NCBI GenBank assembly: GCA_045837725.1
Contig: JBEWZL010000179.1
Span: 434,001-498,000 of the forward strand
Source: Vermamoeba vermiformis
Taxonomy: Eukaryota
DNA: 64,000 nucleotides
Direction: 5' to 3'
Below the pieces are notes generated by a model. It saw only the letters and a list, made by a program, of their open reading frames with translations, was not told where the DNA came from and searched no databases. Of this stretch, positions 1-13,145 are shown piece by piece. The position numbers were made by a program, and so were the translations under genes. Numbering within the stretch: position 1 is the first letter of the stretch; each line of letters begins with the position of its first letter.

Positions 1-558
1 GACCAAAAGATGGCTGATCTACGTTGCGGGGCTCCCGGACCGAGGGCTGGAAAAAAAAACTGTAGTTCCATTCCAAACTACCAGATCCGGTTGAAATGAG
101 CGCTACGCTTGGTGGCAACTACTTAAATAAACAAATCTAGCAATGGGTTATTTAGCGTGCAAGCGTACCCGATCCGGAAAAAGAAATACTATGATGTAAG
201 CAAGTATTTAATTAATTCACATAACATTTAAATAATAGCGATTACCTTATTACTTGTTTGGCTGGCAATGACAATTTCGTGCGGCTTGACTTGGATTCTT
301 TCTGCAGATGGATCATAGTTAGATTGCTTCGAAGCAAAATTGAATTAAAATGAATAAGGAAAATAGGATAAAAATCGGCGTACGAAACTTCTTCATTTAA
401 ATAATACCAAACTTCTGCAACGGGCAATGACAGAAATCCCAATTAGAATTGCCGATCTTTTTTGTTCGCTCTCGTTATTATGCCAGGGCAGGAATAAAGA
501 TAAATAGCTGCGTAATTATTAAGTTAGCTAATATTAATCGCACAACAAAACTGAAAAG

Positions 559-2086
559 ATGTCAGATCAACAATTCCAAGGATACGCTGTTTTTGAACCA
601 AAGGGCCAATTGTCTAAGTGGTCTTATACTCCTCGCCCCCTCGGTGCTCGTGATGTCGAGATTGAAATTACTCACTGCGGCATGTGCGCAAGCGGTACGT
701 ACCAAAATACCTGAAAGTTTTTCTTCTGTACTAAATCCAGATTCAGACCTGCACCAGATCGACTCAGGCTGGGGTCCCTCTATCTATCCTATGATTCCTG
801 GTACGTACCATTATAAAATTGTCTTTGCCATGGACTAACCATTCCTAATAGGCCACGAAATCGTCGGTCACGTTACTAAGGTCGGATCTGACGTGACACG
901 CGTCAAAGTTGGTAAGCCACTAAACGCCCTACTACTACAATATTATATTAAAAGCCGGGACCTATTGCTCACCATCTAACTATAGGACAACGTGTCGGTG
1001 TTGGAGCTCAATGCCAGTCGTGTCATCAGTGCACTGAGTGCAAAGAGCACCTCGAGCCCTATTGCAAGAAGAGCGTCAACACGTACAACGGAAAGTTCGA
1101 GGACGGCACTCCCTCGTACGGAGGTTACGCCAAGTAAGTCCGCTTTGCAATAGCTATTTACGATTTGTTAGTAATTGCATTGCTCTAATTGGATCTGGTC
1201 GATCAAACAAAAATTTCGCATAGAATTCAATTTCGTACAGACTTGATGATATTTCCGTACTTACTTGCCTTTTTAGGAATGTTCGTGTCGACGAGCGCTT
1301 CACTTTTGTCGTGCCTGAGAACTTGAAGTCAGAGGTCAGCCCACGCAAGATCTCGGACTCCTTGAACTTACTCATACCTTTTCCTTACTAGGAAGTTGCT
1401 CCATTGTTCTGCGCAGGTGCCACTGTTTTCTCGCCACTGACTCACTTCGGAGCAGGCCCTGGCAAAAAGGTCGGAATTATTGGTATCGGAGGTCTGGGTC
1501 ATTTGGGTCTCAAGTTTGCACGAGCATTGGGTGCTGAAGTTTACGCCATTTCAACTTCTGCTTCGAAACAAGGAGAGGCCAAGAAACTTGGTGCGCATCA
1601 CTTCATTAACACCAAAGATAAGGACAGCCTTGCTAAGGTACGTTTAAGTTTTTGCTGATCGATCTTAAATCTAACGAATTAACACTCCGTAGTATCAAGA
1701 CCAACTCGACTTAATCGTCAGCACGTTGAACCACGACGTGGATTGGCAAATGTACTTCAGTTTAATGAAACGTGATGGAACTTTCGTTATTGTAGGCATC
1801 CCCGAAGAAAAACTCAAGATCCCTGCCTTCTCTATCATCGGAAAGTAAGTCAACAAGCTAAATACTATCGGATAGTAAATATACTTACGAAATATTTAGA
1901 CGATTGAAGTTTGCTGGTTCTTCCATCGGCAGTCCTAACGAGATCGAGCAAATGTTGAAGCTCGCTAGCAAGGATAATATCGTGGCTAATACTCAAGTAT
2001 GGCCGTTCGAGAAGGTAAATGAAGCTATTGCTGCCTTTAGAGAGGGTAAACCTCGATACCGTTACGTGTTGCAAATCAAGCAGTAG
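559..2086 (+). CDS. Zinc-dependent alcohol dehydrogenase (cinnamyl-ADH/YahK-like), multi-exon
   Basis: Spliced motifs HCGMCASDLH, PMIPGHEIVG, structural-Zn cysteines CQSCHQCTEC, GIGGLGHLG Rossmann motif and C-terminal KPRYRYVL; GT-AG introns. Confidence 0.9.
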
Positions 2087-2449
2087 ATTCTGTAGTGAAA
2101 TAATTAATAGGCCCTCGAGCGTATTAATTAAGAATAAAGCGAATTATATATGCTTTCAAATTAGCTGTGTAAGAAAATAATTTTGAATAATCAATTTAAT
2201 TTTGGGCGGGTCAAATCTGCTCGCGGGTCGTCTAGAAAGTTGAAAGGGCTTCTACAACGTGCACATTAAGGATGAATTAACATAGTGTGTCTTATTGTGA
2301 AGATATTTGTGAGGTCCGTGGTGTTGTCGTTGTTCGTTGTTCGAATTTTAGTTTGTTCACGAAAAGATCCTGAAAACCACCACTGGCGGTTTAAAAATTT
2401 ATTTAGCACTGTACAATACCTCATGACATATATTATTTAATACTCAACA

Positions 2450-5400
2450 ATGTGCCGCTGTTCGTGTAAATCATTCCTCAATATATTTTTTATGGCCTTG
2501 TTGACGGCTACCACTGCCACGACTATTGGTCTCGCGGTACAGTTTACTCTCAAGTAAGATAATTATAAATATTAATATAAAAATATACTCATAATTACAA
2601 TAAGAGAATGGACGTAGATCGGCTATTTTTATTTCTATTTAATTTTCATATTTCAATTAAATTGACGGTTTGTTACAGAGCACCTTTCTATGAATTATTT
2701 GCTGGTGCGTTAGCAATGTCAATTATAAGCATGGTTCTAGCTTGTAAGTAATTTCAGTTTTCAAGTAACGGATCTGAAAAACGCGAAATTTTGCGGGTAA
2801 TTTTTGAGCTATTCCTAACGCACAGTTCAAGCTCAATAACGCTAAAATTATTATATTTAACTCTCCGAAACAGGTTTCTCGTGCTATTACGCATCCAGAA
2901 CAAAAACCAAAGACGAAGAAATGCGCGCCAACTATAATTTAGAACTCGTTGAAAAAGATGCTCAAGGCGAGGGTGATGATGGCGAGAAAGACCCCGAGAC
3001 ACTGCGCATTAAACAAAAATTGGCTCGTAAAGCTGCTCGTACTGAGTACCGCAATAAGTGCATGGGTACGTAGATCCCGACAATTTTCAAACGAATTGTA
3101 GCAAAAATACAACATACGACCTTCTATTATATATTGAAGGCGGCAACTATATTAAGTATATGCTATTTATAGAGCGATTTGCGCGAAGACCAAATCAGAA
3201 ATGCCTCATCTTGTTGTACCTTTGCATCAGTTTTGTGTGGTTCGTCTGCGCCCTGTACTTTGCTTATCATTTGCGCACTGATCGATACGAGAATGTTACT
3301 GGCCATATTATTGGTGCTATTAACGATCACTCGGTCAAGTTGTGGTGGAGACGTCCAGATCACGAGACACTGGTAAGTGGTGGATCCACCTTAACTTTAG
3401 GAATTATACAAGTGACCTACTATACATATGGATAATAATAATCGACACCTAGTATCAGTATACAGTATTGTGCCTGATTACTAATGCTCTGTTTAGTACG
3501 TGGAATATCGCAAACCTGATGACCGAGAGGGATACTGGCGAACAAGTGCAATGGTGCGTAGTCAATAATACAGACAACTCTACGATAGACATATGTACAT
3601 ATTATGTCTTATTTGATATATCAATAATATGCGTTGTTCTAATCTAATTTCGTTCGCAGGTCAAGATAGATCCGAGCAACGACTACACGGCCGTTGTTAC
3701 ACTAACAGGATTGAATTCCGACACGTTGTACAGCTACAGACCAGTATGGGACGGTGATGAACAGAACACGAATCAAAACGAGACTATTGGTCGTGCTGTG
3801 GATCCTCATCAGTACACGATCACTACGATGGTACCTCCTCAAAGCAGCGTGGCAGATCTGGTCTTTGTATTTGGCTCTTGCACTCTGAGTAAGTACTAGC
3901 ACCACAAATACCTCAAAAAAATTATAAGATTCATGAAGTAGTACTACTACTAGCACTTGCTATGAAATTGTTTTTTACGGGCGTGGATCGAGATCGGATC
4001 TTCGCAGCAAAGCACAGGGAAGCAAATTCGTGATAGTATGGCAAGTAGTGACCCGAACACGATGTAGCATCGCGTCTCGGGCACGACCACACTAACAAGA
4101 ATGCACCGCTTCCCGTCCGATCAGCGAAGTTAAGCTTGTTCAGGCTTTCTTAGTACTGGGGTAGGAGACTACCTGGGAATCGGAGGTGTTGTGCTCTTTA
4201 CTTTTTGCTTTTTGACTCTTTGATCCTTCCTTCGCTGATACATTCAGTCCCTTATTTTTACGACAGCTTATTTTTGGATCGGATCGAAAAATTAACTGGA
4301 TCTTTTTTTTAGAACACTTAGGAGGAACTCTTGAAGGGTAGATAACCACTGATAGTACCGGTATTATTGGCCGTATATTAACGTAATTTTTAGCTTCAAG
4401 AAGATGGGAGAAAAGAACCCTCGGTTTGGATTGGTAAGAAAAAACACGCAGCGGATCTGCTGAGCGGCTACTAATTATTATTATGTTTTTAGCTCATTGG
4501 TGATCAAATCTACGCCGATTATCCTACCTATTTGGGTGCCTCTAAAGAAGACTACGAAGTCAAGTACCGCGAGGTGGTCGCAGATGAGCATTTCTCGACA
4601 TTTGCTTCTACGACCCCTATCTTCCAAATGTGTAAGTATAGTACTTATATAAGGCATATAGAGTATTTGCCTAAGACAAGACTAACGTAGTTATGCAGTT
4701 GATGACCATGAAATCATCAATGACTGGGACCAACAACAAGCAGATCCGTACCCAGCAGTAAGTCACCTATACGACTCTTAGTATTGTATTAGTATTAAGA
4801 CCGACCTCTTGTAGGCCATTGGTGCCTGGTACGAATACGCAGGCTCGCACAATCCAAGTCCCATTCGTGCCAAGTCGCACTATTACACGTTCGAATACGG
4901 CAATGTAAGTCACTTTTAATTACTATATTTGGAAGCTTAATTAATACTAATGTTCATTGTAGGTTCCTTTCTTCGTATTAGACACTCGTTCATACAGATC
5001 TAAGAACTCGATGGTAAGTCTCATGATGGACGAGATCTTACACGAGATCTGGCCTTGACTGATCATCTTTTTACAGCACGAGAGTCCTCGTAAGACGATG
5101 TTAGGCGCATTGCAATTGCAAGACTTGAAGAATTGGTTGTTGGCTAAGAACTCCACGACATTCAAGGTGAGTGACACTTTGACACTTCAATTTTTTCACG
5201 GTGTAAACTTTATCGAACTGATATTAACATGTAAATAACGTTTAGTTCATCGTGTCGAGTGTGCCTTTCACGTTGAATTCAAACTGGGGTGACAGCTGGT
5301 CAAGTTTTGAGACTGAACGAGAAGCCATTCTGCGCTTCATCTCTGACAACAAAATTAACGGCGTGTTGATTCTCAGCGGTGACACGCATTGGGGTGCTGC

Positions 5401-5711
5401 TTTCCGTCTCGCAAGAGGTACCTGTCGGCCGACACACTTGCCTAAAAAGGAAATATAGATCTAACACTTTACCTTTTGCAGGTGTTTACGAATTCGTGGC
5501 CTCACCGATCGATGCGTTTACTGTCACTAAGAGCACTACTGACGTGAGTGATTGGGAATTATTCTCAGATGACACGCAGCGACACTTTGGCTTGATCCGT
5601 GTCAACACTAAAGACACCTCGCCCTGGGTCCGATTTGAACTCTATGGCCAAAATTCTGATAAAGCTTTGCACGGTGTTTCACTGAAACCGAGCGATCTGA
5701 TCGTCAGTTAA
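2450..5711 (+). CDS. PhoD-family alkaline phosphatase with N-terminal hydrophobic segments, multi-exon
   Basis: Motifs FGSC, GDQIYAD, DDHEIINDW, LDTRSYR, ILSGDTHW, EFVASP; the start codon is tentative. Confidence 0.85.
4079..4197 (+). rRNA. 5S rRNA gene nested in a PhoD intron
   Basis: 119 nt; helix I GGGCACGAC/GTTGTGCTC; conserved CCGATC..CGAAGTTAAGC and TTAGTACTGG..GGAGAC..CTGGGAA; followed by T-runs (Pol III terminator). Confidence 0.95.
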
Positions 5712-5809
5712 AATTGAAACGCGACATCAAAAAAAAAAACTTTCCTTATTTGGTTATCGTTGTAAATAAAAGTTAAAATTATTCTAGAGGATGCAATAAT
5801 ATTACGCTA

Positions 5810-8800
5810 TTAATTTAGATATTTATCGATCGAGTCGTAAGTATCATCGTATCTGTGATCCAATAGCGTTGTGTTTTCAGTCACGTGTTCATAGTCCATG
5901 TTTCGCCGCTTGTATTTACGTTCTCGAATGATCTGCCAGTCTTCAGGCCTGAAATAAGTACGGACCCTGTCGGCCTATATTAAAAAGTGCTCTATAATAT
6001 GTAATTGACTTCTTACCATTTTATCACGAAGTACGGGAAGATAGCGATGGACACGAGGACAATAAATCCAAGCCACGTGATCGGACTCTGTGCGTTCATA
6101 AGTGCAAAGTAGTTAAGGAAAAATATACGAGGTGTTAGTGTATCGATATAATGCATAGTATAATATAAAAAGGATATACATAATCCAGTACATGTCCGGC
6201 TCTAGCCATTGCAAAAGACAATACGGGAAAAGTACTGCAAAGTCGCCAATCAGCGTCCAAAAGAAGCAAAAGTAGTGCATCCATGTCCAGTGGCTATTAT
6301 AATACATTATTAGCATTTAAGTTTAGAAGTTAGATCTCGGATCTTACTTAGTTTCGATGGCCATCTTGATGAGCACTATAGCGATGCAAATGCAGCACGC
6401 TAACATGCCAAAAGTATATAAATCAAAGGTTTGGCCGTTGTATAGGAAGACACCTGTGCCAAACGTCCACATAGTGCCGAAGAATACAACTAACGATGCC
6501 CAAACCGCATCCGCGATCCAAATTAGGAAAGTCTACGAATATTGTTATAAAGCGTTGTTATAGCATATTAGCTTACTTTAAAGTTATAATCCAGATTTCT
6601 CCTTGACCGCGAATAAAGTTGCGGAAATTTCATCAAACTATCGATATCCACGTCTTTGTTGAATATGGCGAACATTAAGATAGGCAAGCTAGTGAATATC
6701 ATATTATAGAACGTGATGATCCACGCGTCGTAAAGACTTTGGCCCGAAAATCCGTTGTAGAATGCAAAATAAAATTGCGGCAAAGTGAACGCAATCTGTG
6801 CTCAAACATCAATATTTTTGATCGATAAATTTAAGTTGATAGTACTTACATTCTTATAGAAGTAGTATTGAATGAGCTTAGTGATCCTAATATATGTATA
6901 TCTTCCATGCACGAACATTAGCTTCTTCAGGAATGTGCAGATCTAGAGTTAAAGAAGAAAACTTCGTACGAAAAAACTAGTTAATATTTGCAGCTCATAA
7001 AAAGGATATTTGAATCTCGCACAGGCAAAATCTGAAGCACGTGACGCTTGTGACCCTTCACGGCCCATCAGACCAACTCCGACATGTGCTTCCTGAAGGT
7101 CGAAAATTAACGACAATTTCCTTTTTTGGCAACTTGTTCTATGTACCTGGATCATAGCGACGTCATTGCCTCCGTCTCCAATTGCGAGAGTCACAGCACT
7201 GGGAACACCGTCTTTGACGAGTTTGACAACTTCAGCCTTCTGAATGGGCGACACTCGGCAACAAATCACGACATCGCAGTCGAGTGACAATTCCAAGAAA
7301 CGCAGCTGCCGGCAAGGTCAGTACGCTCATAAAATATAAGCCCAATTTGGAAAAATGTAAGCTTACTCTATGGCTTGCAAGTGCGTGGGTCAATGAGTCG
7401 CCGTCAATCACAAGCACGACGTGCTGTTCTTGTGCTTTGAAAGCTTTGGCTTGTTGATGAAAATCAACCATGCGCTCGTCGAATTGAGTCTCTTCCGGGT
7501 CTAAAAATGCAATGGGCTGGTTGTCTTTTCTCGTCCACACCTCGGGTGCCTTCAACACCAAGGTCTTCGTGTCGTCCATAATCAAATTGGCCGATCTTGC
7601 AACGCTAATTGCCGTCTCGACTTTGTCACCTGTCAAGACCCATACTCGGATGAACGCCTGCGTGTAAAGGTTTAGTTACCAAATAAGGAAAAATGTCCGA
7701 CGTACCTTGCTGAAATCTCGCAAAGCATCAGGAACGCCTTCTTGCAATCGATCTTCAATGACAGTAGCGCCAAGCAAGGTCAAATCCTTTTCAATCATCA
7801 TCGACACTTTTTCAACTTTTTTCTCGCGTTGATTGACAGATGTCAATGCGTCTTGATAACGTTGATTCCATTCATTGAAAGTCGCTTCATCGAGCACTTT
7901 GCATGCCACGCATAGCACTCTGAAGCCTCTGTTCGAGTACTCATCAATGTGCTGTCGTGTTGTCTCGGCCAGGTGATTCGCGTCACCGGCATTGAGAGCT
8001 TTGAAAATTTCACTGTCGGCACCTTTAGTATACAATTTTATCTCGCCTATAACATGACATTAGTATATAAATAACGTTGATATTATATCCTTACCTTCTG
8101 GGGTCTTGACAATGACGGACATGCGTTTTCTCGTGGACGAAAATTCGATCGTGGACAAGAGTTCGAACTTCTTTTTCTCGCCTCGTACTTCGATCTCAAC
8201 GGCGTCGTTTGATCTCTGAAGACTAGGTCAGACATACTATATGAAACAGCGAAGAACGTACCGATAGAAGTTTGTAGTCGTAAGCTTTAGCGGCCTTGAT
8301 GAGTGCCTCTTCATCGGGTGACGAAGACTGATATTCTTCCTCACGTAAGATAAGTTAAAGAAATTGATTAGACTAACAAGAGATAACTATATTAATATTA
8401 ATAAAGGATATCTTCTTCGTTGTGTTCTACGTAGATTGTATTTGCCAAACTTAATGCCAACAAAAATTCTTGAACTTTTTCGTTCTGAAGACTTTCTTCC
8501 TCAGCCAAATCAATCTCGTCGTGAGATACAATCAACATCTGCAAAGATTAGACTAATTGTCACGTGGGGTATTATTAGATGTCTTACTGATTTATCAGCC
8601 GCAACGCCCAAGTCATTTTCATCGACTTCGCGGCTCGTTTTGATTTCAGTTTTGTCGCTCGGCTCGGTCTCGTCAATATCAACCATGCGCGAGGAATAAT
8701 ACTTCTTGCCGTCCACTGAGCAATATTTAAATACCATCTTATTCTCGGTTAATGTTCCGGTTTTATCGGTAAACAAATGCGTTATCTAAAAAAGGAAATT

Positions 8801-10378
8801 AGTTTTCATGAAAATCGGATCTGATTCCGTACTTGTCCCAGTTCTTCTAGCATATTGATAGTTTTGACGGTCATTCTTTTTTCTGTTTTCTCGCAATAAA
8901 GGTCCAAATCATTTTGCATAAACGCAGCAATGGCAACTTTGCACATTTCAACGGAGACGTACAACGAGATCGGGATGAACACGTTCAAGAGCACAAAGAA
9001 CGTTAAGAACTCCATGGCGATATAAAATAACACGTTCTTAAGATCCACTTTAAGCATAAGATAATGTGCTTTCTTGCCGTCGTTGATCTGTCAAAGTGTC
9101 AAAAAAAGTGACACGTGTCAAATTTCTTATAGTACGTACCACCCAAAAATAGCTAAAGACAGCGCCAGTGAGACAAAGTGCCATTAACGCAATGAAAACA
9201 TAAAGGACGTATCTGTTCAATCGACTCTCGACGTGTGTCATTTTAGACGGCGCGTCTTTTTGATTCAATGCTAACTTAGTCTCAGGGCCAGTAAATAATA
9301 CTAATCCATGAACCACGTGCGTATTTTTCAACGTCGAGCCCTAAAAAATTGCCGGTTAAATCTTCCCGTGAAAAATGTACTAAGAAAGTTTTTCACGTAC
9401 TCTCAAAAGCAGATTTTTAGCTGATAGGGGGTGTGTCGTATTATCGTCTATTGATATGTATTTGCCGTTAAACGATTCGAGCATCGGATTTGCAGCGTCG
9501 CATGAGATCCGTGCTTTAATTCCTCGCAATTCTTCTTCGCTCATTAATTCCGATGTGGAAGGCACGCACATTTTGATCTTTCTCGTAGTCTCGCTATTTA
9601 AGAACATTAATTAGTACTCGTTTTTTGATTCATCGTATTACCATAAAAGGAAAAATTTGTATTATTTTTAACAGCAAAAAAAAAGTTGTTTGTTGTGGCT
9701 GAATTGCGTACCCGTCCAAATTAGACGTTTCTACGGAACAAATGCCGCCTTGATTGCTCGTTGACAAAGGTAAAATGTCCGCTGTAATTTCTTCTCCGTC
9801 TTTAATTTTGACTATATCACCGACGAGCAGCTCTTTCGTTGGTACTGTTTGAAATCCATCACTGCGCAATATTCTAACTGGTTTATTATTCGCTTCGTCG
9901 TCTTCTTTACGCCGGCGCTAAATATTTTTTGCCAAATTAAGAAAGAAAAATCCGAAAAAAATTCCAAAACGACTTACCCAATCTTCGATAGCGTCCTTAA
10001 GGGCTGTATATGACAAGTATTGTTAGATTGAAATAATAAACAAAAATTAATAATAGCGCAATACGAACCTGAAATGGAAATAACGATGACAAGAGGCAAA
10101 ATTGAAGTGATAGGTGTCAATGGCGATATCGGAGTGCTTTGAATTATGGCCACAATTAAGAAATAAAAATTGGCAAGTCTGTATACCAATTATGATAAGT
10201 ACTAGTTGCATAGAAAGGTAGATCTGATCGCGTACCTTCGAAATTGTTCAACCAAATTTTTGAAAATAAAGTTCCAAGGGGTGTAACGATGAGTTTTAGT
10301 GATACTAGGAGGATAGCCATATTCAGCATTTTTTTCTGGGTTATTTGTAAACACTGTTCGTTGTGTTTGCTCTTCCAT
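5810..10378 (-). CDS. P4-type ATPase (phospholipid flippase), about 20 introns
   Basis: [73 protein letters not shown]. Confidence 0.95.
6102..6177 (-). other. U12-type (minor spliceosome) AT-AC intron
   Basis: 5' ATATCCTTT, branch TTTTCCTTAAC, 3' GCAC; removal restores the frame YWIM-F-MNAQSP. Confidence 0.9.
6935..7009 (-). other. U12-type AT-AC intron
   Basis: 5' ATATCCTTTT, branch TTCTTTAAC, 3' GCAC; removal restores the conserved [13 protein letters not shown]. Confidence 0.92.
8345..8411 (-). other. U12-type AT-AC intron
   Basis: 5' ATATCCTTT, branch TTCTTTAAC, 3' TTAC; removal restores [20 protein letters not shown]. Confidence 0.9.
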
Positions 10379-11264
10379 AATTTGCTCGTCAGATCTGATT
10401 GTCAAAATAGCGCTGTTAATAAATACTGAATGTAAAGATAAATTCAGGACTATCTTTGCGCAAACAGATTAATTCAAATGTTTTTCTCTGTCGATCCAGA
10501 TTCAGTAATGTTGTCACGCGACGTACCTCTCAACGAGTATTGGCTTCTGTTTAGCAAATAGAATTACATAAACAAGGACAATAAATATCTGGCCTTTGTT
10601 GCAAATGTCTTTTGCGTGTTAGTGAAATGTTCATCGAAATTTAACCCAGATGTTCACCGCCACACCTCGCGGTGCAAATACATCCCAGCACATAACAAAG
10701 CAATATAATATGACCTAAAAATACGTAAGGTAAGGTTAATTATGACAATATTGTTCTCGCTCGAGGCGATCAGAATTACTTTTAATTTTTGTTTGATCAA
10801 CAAAATTGTTTTCGTAAAATAATTATTAATACGTATAATATTCATCTGCGATGACTTAATTGAATTACCCACGCATTTTAACTGTCGGTCGGTGACGGGC
10901 GTTCTACTAGCAATCACGAATTACGTTCCTTATTTTTTCAATCCGAGCCTTGACTATTATCCATCGAACAAATTATCATGATTAAGAAATAGTTTAGTGG
11001 GCGTAATTAAAATAGTACATACGGCAACAAATTTAAATCAGACTTTTGGCGCACTTTTTCTATTTCCCGCGATTTAGATTACGAGCCGGATATCTCATAT
11101 AACAATGCGAAAATTACCCTAAATAAGTTATTTTCACTTGAACAGCCCAAGTTCAACGGATGTGGCCAACTTTGGTTGTCGGCAAACCACGTGCTTGAGT
11201 AAAATTTAATCTCTGCAAAAAAGTTTATTTAGTAAACTTGCATCAATAGAGCAACAATATTAAT

Positions 11265-12903
11265 ATGGCCGAGAAGGTAAAAGCAATCATAATCAAATAC
11301 AATCTCGTAGTAAAAAAAAGTATACTAATCTGTCTGTTCGAACAGATCAAGCTTAATATTTTCGAGTCTCGAGAGGTAAGCAGCGGTTATATGGATGTTA
11401 CATATCGATATTAAATTAAAATAATTGGCCTATTCTGCCTTCTTTCTTGAAGTTGGTGAGAAGATGCCATTAAACTTATAAACTAAATTAAAAAAAAGCA
11501 TATCTTTCTTATTTAACGCGATTATTTATCATAATATAGGTCAATATCTTTATCGTTCAACGATTGAAGGACCCCAAACAGGGTGTCAAAGTCAAGGATC
11601 GGATCTACCACGGCAGAATTTACTCCAAGTGTTTTATCGGTACGTAAACAATTAATTTGATCATACATACTATAGTGCTAATAATTTTTATATTAGCTAC
11701 CGAAGCGATCCAATGGCTGATGGAACATACAACTGCCGAAACTAAAGAGGAAGCCATCTCGGTAAGTGATGACATTTTGCAGCGTAATTGGTTAGTTAAT
11801 ATGATTAAAAATATGACTATCTAACATATGATACGGTACAAACTTCAAAGTATTAAATTTTGTGTCAAACCTAATGAACGGACGAAAATTCGTTGGATCG
11901 CTCGCTACTTATTTCAGAAAATCTAAGCCATCGCGCCAATAGACATATTTTGCTATAGTATTGCATTAGTATAGCTAACTCTTGGATATTTAGTTTGGTA
12001 GACATTTGCAGCGCTGTGGAGTGTTTCATCATGTAACGAAGGATCATGAACTTAAAGACGAATATTTGTTCTTTAGATTCAACGTAAGTAATAGCATATA
12101 TAAGATAATTATAAGAAGATATTGTCGCACATGTGCTTAGTGGTTAGAAATTTCAATAGTTTTTTTCGCGATCGTTTCGATCTGACCGTCTTTTTCAAAA
12201 CAGAAAAAGTTTATGGATGAAATACCACCATATACATCTGATATGAAGAAATTCTACTTAATGGATCAAATTTTCGGCTTAGGCACGATAAGAATCCAAA
12301 GCAAGTCCAAATCCAAGCGCGGCTCCATTATTTTCAGAAAGAAGTCTCCAAGACAGACCGTTGTCCCTCAAACGCAATCAATGGACTTTGATCTCGTCAA
12401 AAAGACCGATAGCGCCTTATCTTTCAGCAGCAAAAGCAATGCTACGTCGACCGATCGTGAGTACATCTCTGGTGGAAGTGCCGCTCGTATTGAACGCGAA
12501 AGAGCTCGGTAAGTTATAATATTCCTCTTTATAATTCGTAGAAATTTCTTAGTATATTTTATTTTTATTTCGGCGTTGTACTGACCAGATCTAAATTTTT
12601 AGAACAACGGTGAGTTTTCGCGTAGAAACACCGCCACCAACATTAGCGGGAATCGAAGATGATAGTCAACGAGAGACTGAGAACCGTGCTGAGAGTAAGC
12701 ACGAACTCGATGGATTGAGCATGGCTTCTAGCAACAGCAGCTTGCCTCCCCCGTCACTCGTCGGATCTAGCCCTGTATCTCCCATAATCTCGCCCATCAA
12801 CTCGCCTGTCCCAACGCTCAATGGTACAAGAGGCCGATCACGAACAGCGAGTATTGCTTCGAGTTCATCGTATCGTGATAGACCAGTGTTTGAAGACGAG
12901 TAG
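11265..12903 (+). CDS. DEP-domain protein with Ser/Pro-rich tail (paralogue 1)
   Basis: Spliced GVKVKDRIYHGRIYSKCFIATEAIQWL...FGRHLQRCGVFHHVTKDHELKDEYLFFRF. Confidence 0.8.
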
Positions 12904-13145
12904 ATCTGCAGATTCAGGTCAGCAATTTTGCCTTTTTTAGTAATGTACATGATGTAAATAGTTTATTTATTGTTATTTGGCCAGCTTTTTAATGTGAATT
13001 ACTACTCAATGAATTTCCAATCTAAATTTTTAAATTATGAAACGCGGATTAATTGTCACGTGCCTGCTGAAAGATAAAACGTTTTTGGCACCAGTTTTAG
13101 AGCAATCACGAACAAGAATACAATCTACACCACAAATCAACCAGA

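Noticed and set aside
1-60. GC-rich stretch at the window start as an ncRNA
   Set aside because: Truncated by the window edge and not recognisable as any RNA family
4079-4312. 5S-derived SINE (SINE3)
   Set aside because: The 5S copy is full length and terminates at once in T-runs, with no body, tail or TSD visible
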